IMG/VR virus record: IMGVR_UViG_3300031951_000003
Coordinates: 62,001-126,000 of that record
Strand: one strand, 5' to 3'
DNA length: 64,000 nucleotides
The notes beneath the pieces were generated by a model. It did no database searches. It saw only the letters and a program-made list of their open reading frames with translations, and was not told the origin of the DNA. A program made the translations under genes and the position numbers. This document shows, one piece after another, positions 58,795-64,000 of this stretch (its first letter is position 1; each line of letters begins with the position of its first letter).

Positions 58795-60810
58795 ATGAAT
58801 GATTTAATGGATGACGACGAAAAAATGATGAGCAAGAAACAAAAACAATCATCAGACAGTCCAACCCCTGTGTTGGATAATTTTAGTCGAGACTTAAATA
58901 AGCTCGCAGAACAAGGTAAGTTGGACCCAGTTATAGGTCGCGACAGAGAAATCTTGAGAATTGCACAAATTCTTTCAAGAAGAAAAAAGAACAATCCAAT
59001 TATTATCGGAGAACCAGGTTGTGGTAAAACCGCAATTGTTGAGGGACTGGCAATGAAAATTGTAAGTGGTGATTGTCCCCGTAACTTAGTTGACAAACGT
59101 ATCGTAAACTTAGACCTTACCTCTGTTGTCGCAGGAACAAAATATCGCGGCCAATTTGAGGAAAGAATGAAAGTTATCATCGAAGAACTACAATCCAATC
59201 CGAACGTTGTTGTATTCATTGATGAAGTACACACATTGGTTGGTTCTGGTAACTCGGCGGGGTCTATGGATGGTTCCAATATTTTCAAACCCGCTCTTTC
59301 ACGCGGTGAGATTCAAATTATCGGTGCTACAACCCTCGATGAATTCCGAAAGAATATAGAAAAAGACGGGGCACTAGAGCGTAGATTCCAAAAAGTTGTT
59401 GTTGACCCATCAACAGTTGTTGAAACAATCCAAATTCTCAAAAACATCCGTGAGAAATATGAAAGTTATCACAAGGTTTCATATTCGGATGAGGTCATCG
59501 AATCATGTGTTAAACTTGCAGACCGATACATCACCGACCGTGAATTCCCTGATAAAGCATTCGACATCTTGGATGAAGTAGGTGCAAGAATGCAGACAGA
59601 ACTCAAGGTCCCTGAATCAATCGAAGAATTGAAAAAGAAGGCGGCTGAAATACGTCAGTTAAAAGTTGATGTAGTAAAAAAACAGAACTACGAACAAGCG
59701 GCACAGTTACGCGATAAGGAAAAGAAATTGTTGGACAAATTGGATACTGAGAAGAAGAAATTCGAAGAAGAAATGATTAACAACAAACAACAAATTTCCG
59801 TTGAGGATGTGTATGATGTGGTTTCTTCTATGACCAAAATCCCTGTGAATAAAATGAGTGTTGATGACACTAAAGCTCTTGTCAATTTGGATAAGGAATT
59901 AATAGGTAAAGTCATTGGACAAGACGATGCTGTTAGGAAAATTGCTAAGGCAATCAAAAGAAACAGACTTGGTATCAAAGACCCAAATCGTCCCATCGGT
60001 TCATTTGTTTTCTTGGGTTCGACAGGTGTGGGTAAAACTCACTTAGCTAAACAATTGGCAAAAGAAATGTTTGGAAGTGAAGACTCCCTAATCAGAGTTG
60101 ATATGAGTGAATATCAAGAAAAACATACCGTATCTAAATTAGTAGGTGCTCCTCCAGGTTACGTAGGTTACGAAGAAGGTGGACAGTTGACTGAAAAGGT
60201 AAAAAATAAACCATACTCAGTTATTCTTTTCGACGAAGTTGAAAAGGCGCACAAAGATGTGTTCACAATTCTTCTTCAAATTTTAGATGATGGACATGTA
60301 ACTGACAGCTTAGGTCGTAAAATCAATTTCAAAAATACCTTGATTATTTTGACATCAAACCTCGGTGTAAAGAAATTACAAGATTTTGGAACAGGTATTG
60401 GGTTTGGTTCTAGCACTTATAGTAATGAAGAGGCCAAGAAACAAGTATTGATGAAGGAAATGAAAAATTTCTTCTCTCCTGAGTTTTTGAATCGTATTGA
60501 CGATACAATTGTATTCAACTCTCTTAGTCAAGATGATATTAAAAAAATCACTAAGATTGAACTTGATAAGTTAATCTCACGTCTCAACGAAATGAATTAT
60601 AAAATCACATACGATGAGACCTTGACTGAACATCTCGCAAAAGTTGGATTCGATGAACTATATGGTGCAAGACCTCTCAAACGAGCAATCCAAGATAAAG
60701 TCGAGGATTTGATTTCAGAAGAAGTTTTGACCGACAAATTAGTAGAAGGAAAAAACTATATTGTCAAAGTAGAAGAAGATACTGTTAAGGTTGTTAAGAA
60801 AGGAAGATAA
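58795..60810 (+). CDS. clpC: ClpC-type AAA+ chaperone/protease subunit lacking the N-terminal Clp-repeat domain
   Basis: Two AAA+ modules (GEPGCGKT, GSTGVGKT), UVR-like KKQNYEQAAQLRDKE middle domain, GIGFG ClpP-docking loop; starts directly at TPVLDNFSRDL. Confidence 0.88.
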   Translation: MNDLMDDDEKMMSKKQKQSSDSPTPVLDNFSRDLNKLAEQGKLDPVIGRDREILRIAQILSRRKKNNPIIIGEPGCGKTAIVEGLAMKIVSGDCPRNLVDKRIVNLDLTSVVAGTKYRGQFEERMKVIIEELQSNPNVVVFIDEVHTLVGSGNSAGSMDGSNIFKPALSRGEIQIIGATTLDEFRKNIEKDGALERRFQKVVVDPSTVVETIQILKNIREKYESYHKVSYSDEVIESCVKLADRYITDREFPDKAFDILDEVGARMQTELKVPESIEELKKKAAEIRQLKVDVVKKQNYEQAAQLRDKEKKLLDKLDTEKKKFEEEMINNKQQISVEDVYDVVSSMTKIPVNKMSVDDTKALVNLDKELIGKVIGQDDAVRKIAKAIKRNRLGIKDPNRPIGSFVFLGSTGVGKTHLAKQLAKEMFGSEDSLIRVDMSEYQEKHTVSKLVGAPPGYVGYEEGGQLTEKVKNKPYSVILFDEVEKAHKDVFTILLQILDDGHVTDSLGRKINFKNTLIILTSNLGVKKLQDFGTGIGFGSSTYSNEEAKKQVLMKEMKNFFSPEFLNRIDDTIVFNSLSQDDIKKITKIELDKLISRLNEMNYKITYDETLTEHLAKVGFDELYGARPLKRAIQDKVEDLISEEVLTDKLVEGKNYIVKVEEDTVKVVKKGR

Positions 60811-60813
60811 TAG

Positions 60814-60839
60814 AAAAGGGGGATATTCCCCCTTTTTTT
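60814..60839 (+). terminator. Rho-independent terminator after clpC
   Basis: AAAAGGGGGA-TAT-TCCCCCTTTTTTT. Confidence 0.85.
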
Positions 60840-60851
60840 GTATTTATAAGT

Positions 60852-61460
60852 ATGAGTAATTTTTCAAGATTATTAGGTCAGTTCAAAGAACAGTTTCCTG
60901 ATGAATTTAAATCAAAAGTTGACATTATCGAAAAATTTGTTGTTGATTATATTAATAAAAACAAAATCACAATCAAGTTTTTGAATTCATGTGGAACCGG
61001 TTTCAGTGGGGTAAGAACCAAAGAACAAGTAATCATTTGTTCGCCAATGAACATGAGAACAATTGGTGATTTTCTTTATACCATATTTCACGAAATACGT
61101 CACGAAAAACAAATCCGAGATATTAAGATGGATAATCCCTTAACCGATTATGATTTGGAGGATTTTGAAAAACTATATAATCAATACTGGGAAATGGAAC
61201 TGGATGCAGACCAGTTTGCAAAAAATATGATTGCCAAATTAGTTATTAAATTAGAAATACCCATTTGGTTTGCCAAAGGGCAGTTCAATTTATCACACTA
61301 TATCGAACAATATCCATCGATGTCAAAAAGTGTTCAGATGTCCCTCAGGTCAATTGTAGACACAATTCGACATATAAAAAAATCGGGTGGTGAATTTAAT
61401 GATATTCAAGACCACCCGATGGTTAAAACACATATTGAAAGATTAGAAAACTTTATCTAA
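60852..61460 (+). CDS. Putative zincin metalloprotease-like protein (HExxH)
   Basis: IFHEIRHEKQ and a downstream E-x-DA (EMELDADQFA); TATTTATA at 60841-60848. Confidence 0.55.
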   Translation: MSNFSRLLGQFKEQFPDEFKSKVDIIEKFVVDYINKNKITIKFLNSCGTGFSGVRTKEQVIICSPMNMRTIGDFLYTIFHEIRHEKQIRDIKMDNPLTDYDLEDFEKLYNQYWEMELDADQFAKNMIAKLVIKLEIPIWFAKGQFNLSHYIEQYPSMSKSVQMSLRSIVDTIRHIKKSGGEFNDIQDHPMVKTHIERLENFI

Positions 61461-62302
61461 ACCTTATAAGGGTTTTGGTTGTAACTATATTCCTTAGCCT
61501 TTTTAAAATGTAGTTTGTACCCAAGTTCTTCAATCATTTTTCTTCCCATATCGATTCCATTGTAAACATCTTCCACAACAACGTATTCATTTTTTGTGTG
61601 GTAATCATAGTACCCTATTGAGAAATTAATACAAGAAAAATCAAACTTTCCTCTCAAGGCATAAACATCTGTATATGGATGGACCATATATTCCATATCC
61701 GTTGGGACCATACCTTCAGTTAGTACTTTGTCACACGCCTTAAAAAAGTCCGTATCTCTATCGAATAGAATTTGACCGAAACATTTTTCAGTAATCATCC
61801 AGTTTTCAGGTGCGTCAAACTGAATTCCATATCCAACATTTTCGAAAAATTCAGGGTCTGCGTTTCTTGAACCGTGACAACCTGTTTCTTCAGAAACGAA
61901 AAACGCTGCTTTCAAATATGGAAGTTCTTTGAGTAATGTAAGACATGCAAACACTCCGCATTTATCATCTCCACCTATACCAGTGGGATTACCTTGGTCG
62001 TTATATGCCTTTAAAGATAATTTGAGTGCTCCTTGAGCATTTGGAAGATTTTCTTCAACAACGTTAATCGTGTCAAGTTTGTGTACAGTGTCTGTGTGAG
62101 ATATTACACAAGGGAAATAAAAACCTTCAGGTAAATCCCCAACCGGTTTCTTTGTTGCATACACATTATTTTTTTCATCGAGATAATATTCGATTTGATT
62201 TTCTTCCAACCATTTGGTTAGATAAAGAACCATTAAATCTTCTTTGTATGTGTGTGTTGGAACACTTAAAACTTCTTTGAGTAACTCTAAACTTTTTGTC
62301 AT
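61457..62302 (-). CDS. M20/M28 family zinc peptidase (likely start MTKSL at 62302)
   Basis: SHTDTVH, GGDDKCG, EETGCHGS and YHT; TATATTTG at 62307-62314 (minus) upstream. Confidence 0.8.
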   Translation of the reverse strand: MTKSLELLKEVLSVPTHTYKEDLMVLYLTKWLEENQIEYYLDEKNNVYATKKPVGDLPEGFYFPCVISHTDTVHKLDTINVVEENLPNAQGALKLSLKAYNDQGNPTGIGGDDKCGVFACLTLLKELPYLKAAFFVSEETGCHGSRNADPEFFENVGYGIQFDAPENWMITEKCFGQILFDRDTDFFKACDKVLTEGMVPTDMEYMVHPYTDVYALRGKFDFSCINFSIGYYDYHTKNEYVVVEDVYNGIDMGRKMIEELGYKLHFKKAKEYSYNQNPYKV

Positions 62303-62322
62303 ACTGCAAATATATGACAAAA

Positions 62323-63369
62323 TTACAATTCAACCAAATTAAATAATTCTGGTTGATAAAGTAATTTGTTGAAACCGTCTTCAGAAATTTTGAATTTATT
62401 TATACCCGACATCCCTTTCTTCTTTTTCAAAGATATGTCAATTTTTTTTGTTTCCCTATCAAAACCATCGATTCTAAAAATTAAATCCGACCCTTTTGGT
62501 ATTTCATACCATATACCGATTTTATGTTTTTTTGTAACCCTATCAATCATATCCATAAAGGTGTTAGAATCACCTGATTCATAATCTTCTTCAATTCTCT
62601 CCAAAATTTTTTCCAACGACCTATTTGCTTCTTTATTAAAACTTTCATTGTCGAATACATCATCATCTTGATATTCAAACCTATCTTCATCCCATCCACC
62701 AATTGTTCTATTGGAATCTTGGAATATAGTTTTCAGTAATTTTTTGATTGACACGTGTGGAACATTATATTGAATGAAATTTGATATTAAATCACCCACA
62801 GTTGTTTTGATTCCATCTCCATGTCTCTGAAAACCAAAATCCCCTAAAAAATTATTCAATTCCGAATTTACATGTTCAGATGCAACGTGTCTTATTTCAA
62901 TATTTTTTTCGTGGGTCCAATCAATCACTATTGAGCCAATCTCTCGGGGATAATACTTTTCTAAAAACACTGCAAAACCAGCTCTGTCTTCTTCATCCTC
63001 GTAGTCAAATTTTTTACTATATATAAGTTTGGATATTCTTTGTAAAAGTTCTTTATTATCTGAATCGAAATTGTACCAAGGACCATACCCGTCTAAAAAA
63101 TCTTGTTCGGATGCACTTGAATCTTGAATATCGTAAGTATTGTACGGATTGTTAATTGCCTGTTCGAACCAAATATCATCATCATCCAAACCAATAATTT
63201 TTCCAAACTCATTCATGTCTGTGAATTCTATAATAACTTTTGACAAAGCAGGATTTTCCCTACTCGCAATAACTCTTCCAATGGACTTATCCGCCCCTTC
63301 CAATTCATACTGATTAATTTTTCCTTTTACAAATTTTCTTAAAGCAAAAAAACTATCTCCTGGTTCCAT
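62323..63369 (-). CDS. Hypothetical acidic protein (348 aa)
   Basis: TATTTATA at 63374-63381 (minus) upstream. Confidence 0.7.
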   Translation of the reverse strand: MEPGDSFFALRKFVKGKINQYELEGADKSIGRVIASRENPALSKVIIEFTDMNEFGKIIGLDDDDIWFEQAINNPYNTYDIQDSSASEQDFLDGYGPWYNFDSDNKELLQRISKLIYSKKFDYEDEEDRAGFAVFLEKYYPREIGSIVIDWTHEKNIEIRHVASEHVNSELNNFLGDFGFQRHGDGIKTTVGDLISNFIQYNVPHVSIKKLLKTIFQDSNRTIGGWDEDRFEYQDDDVFDNESFNKEANRSLEKILERIEEDYESGDSNTFMDMIDRVTKKHKIGIWYEIPKGSDLIFRIDGFDRETKKIDISLKKKKGMSGINKFKISEDGFNKLLYQPELFNLVEL

Positions 63370-63441
63370 ATCGTATAAATAGACTTTTAATTTGGAAATT
63401 TAATATTTATGTATATCTTTGTTGTGTTCTTTGAAAATATT

Positions 63442-63834
63442 GGGGAAGTCATGGCAATTGATTGGCGTGTGTAGTTATAGGTGGCACGTAGGAGCTGAGT
63501 TAACTCCTTTATCAACTGATTTGAAAAAACAAATGGCAATACTTTTGCTAAGATGGCTGCTATCGGTTTAATCGCTGAAGAAGCTACTGTTGTTGCTTAA
63601 TTTAAGTCACGACACTCGGGTCGGTTAGGACATTAACCTAGGAACAGAAGTCCAATATACGGGTCACAGGTCAGAGCTCGTTTAAAATAATTCTGAGACC
63701 AAGTTGTTTGTAGGTGGGTTTCTCACATATATCAAACCTAATATTTCGGAACATTGAGAAACAATGTTGTAATAAACGTGTAGTCACTTATAGTTGTCGC
63801 GAACAAGACACGGGTTCGACTCCCGTCTTCTCCA
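63442..63834 (+). ncRNA. ssrA: tmRNA (phage-encoded)
   Basis: 5' GGGGAAG pairs with 3' CTTCTCC-A including the G3:U alanine identity pair; T-arm ACGGG-TTCGACT-CCCGT; internal tag ORF 63535-63600. CCA is not encoded (ends CCACAG). Confidence 0.92.
63535..63600 (+). other. Predicted tmRNA tag reading frame (A)GNTFAKMAAIGLIAEEATVVA*
   Basis: Resume codon GGC after AAAT, by analogy to Gly-starting Bacteroidota tags; Ala-rich frame ending in TAA. Confidence 0.7.
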
Positions 63835-63843
63835 CAGCAGATT

Positions 63844-63870
63844 AACCCCGAGAAACTCTCGGGGTTTTTT
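63844..63870 (+). terminator. Rho-independent terminator after the tmRNA
   Basis: AACCCCGAGA-AAC-TCTCGGGGTTTTTT. Confidence 0.9.
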
Positions 63871-63954
63871 ATTTGACTTGTTAAAGATTTATTAATATTA
63901 TTTAGACGACTTTGGAAATTAAGACCATACTTATTTTAGTCGGAGAGCAATTTT

Positions 63955-64000
63955 ATGAAATATTATTTACTGACGAACTTCAAAACTTGTAATATCGGAA
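63955..64000 (+). CDS. Start of an ORF running off the window (MKYYLLTNFKTCNIG...)
   Basis: ATG after an AT-rich promoter-like region; too short to assign. Confidence 0.35.
   Translation, partial: MKYYLLTNFKTCNIG

Noticed and set aside
63800-63834. tRNA gene suggested by GGTTCGACTCCC
   Set aside because: This is the T-arm and acceptor end of the tmRNA; there is no anticodon arm and the 5' partner lies about 390 nt upstream.
63905-63945. Weak hairpin (CGACT...AGTCG) before the last ORF
   Set aside because: Short stem with a large loop; not distinguishable from chance.
1-64000. Eukaryotic giant-virus origin suggested by PolB, GT60, GME-like and mucin-like proteins
   Set aside because: T4-like capsid, portal, protease and terminase, plus bS21, tmRNA and Rho-independent terminators, show a bacterial tailed phage.
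1-64000. Stop-codon recoding as in some large Bacteroidota phages
   Set aside because: Core genes are full length in code 11, and TAA, TAG and TGA all end tightly packed genes.

Overview
This window is a 64-kb, AT-rich segment of a large T4-superfamily-like tailed phage, read with the standard genetic code. The likely host is a Bacteroidota (Flavobacteria-like) bacterium, inferred from a Bacteroidota-type bS21, a DUF4494-like gene, TAnnTTTG promoter elements and a lack of Shine-Dalgarno sequences. Core genes: family B DNA polymerase (runs off the left edge and is missing from the ORF track), gp23-like major capsid, scaffold, gp21-like protease, gp20-like portal, gp17-like terminase, a gp5-like spike, a sigma-like factor, dUTPase, PhoH, bS21, Hsp20, an N-domain-less ClpC and a tmRNA. 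The most striking feature is a candidate phage-encoded mucin-type protein O-glycosylation system. A GT60-like (polypeptide alpha-GlcNAc transferase) gene with GT25 and HtrL-like partners sits directly downstream of large Thr-Pro-repeat, mucin-like putative virion proteins. A second ~14-kb cluster adds about 7 more glycosyltransferases, a GDP-mannose 3,5-epimerase-like enzyme and O-methyltransferases. Other notable signals: a sense-strand TATTTAT(A/T/C) motif before about 16 late-type genes (the reverse complement of the T4 late promoter); a triple palindromic operator between hsp20 and clpC; a tmRNA with a long non-canonical tag; convergent gene pairs with overlapping stops; and protease-type N-terminal leaders on a kinase and a WYL protein. 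All family assignments come from motif recognition by eye; no database searches were run.
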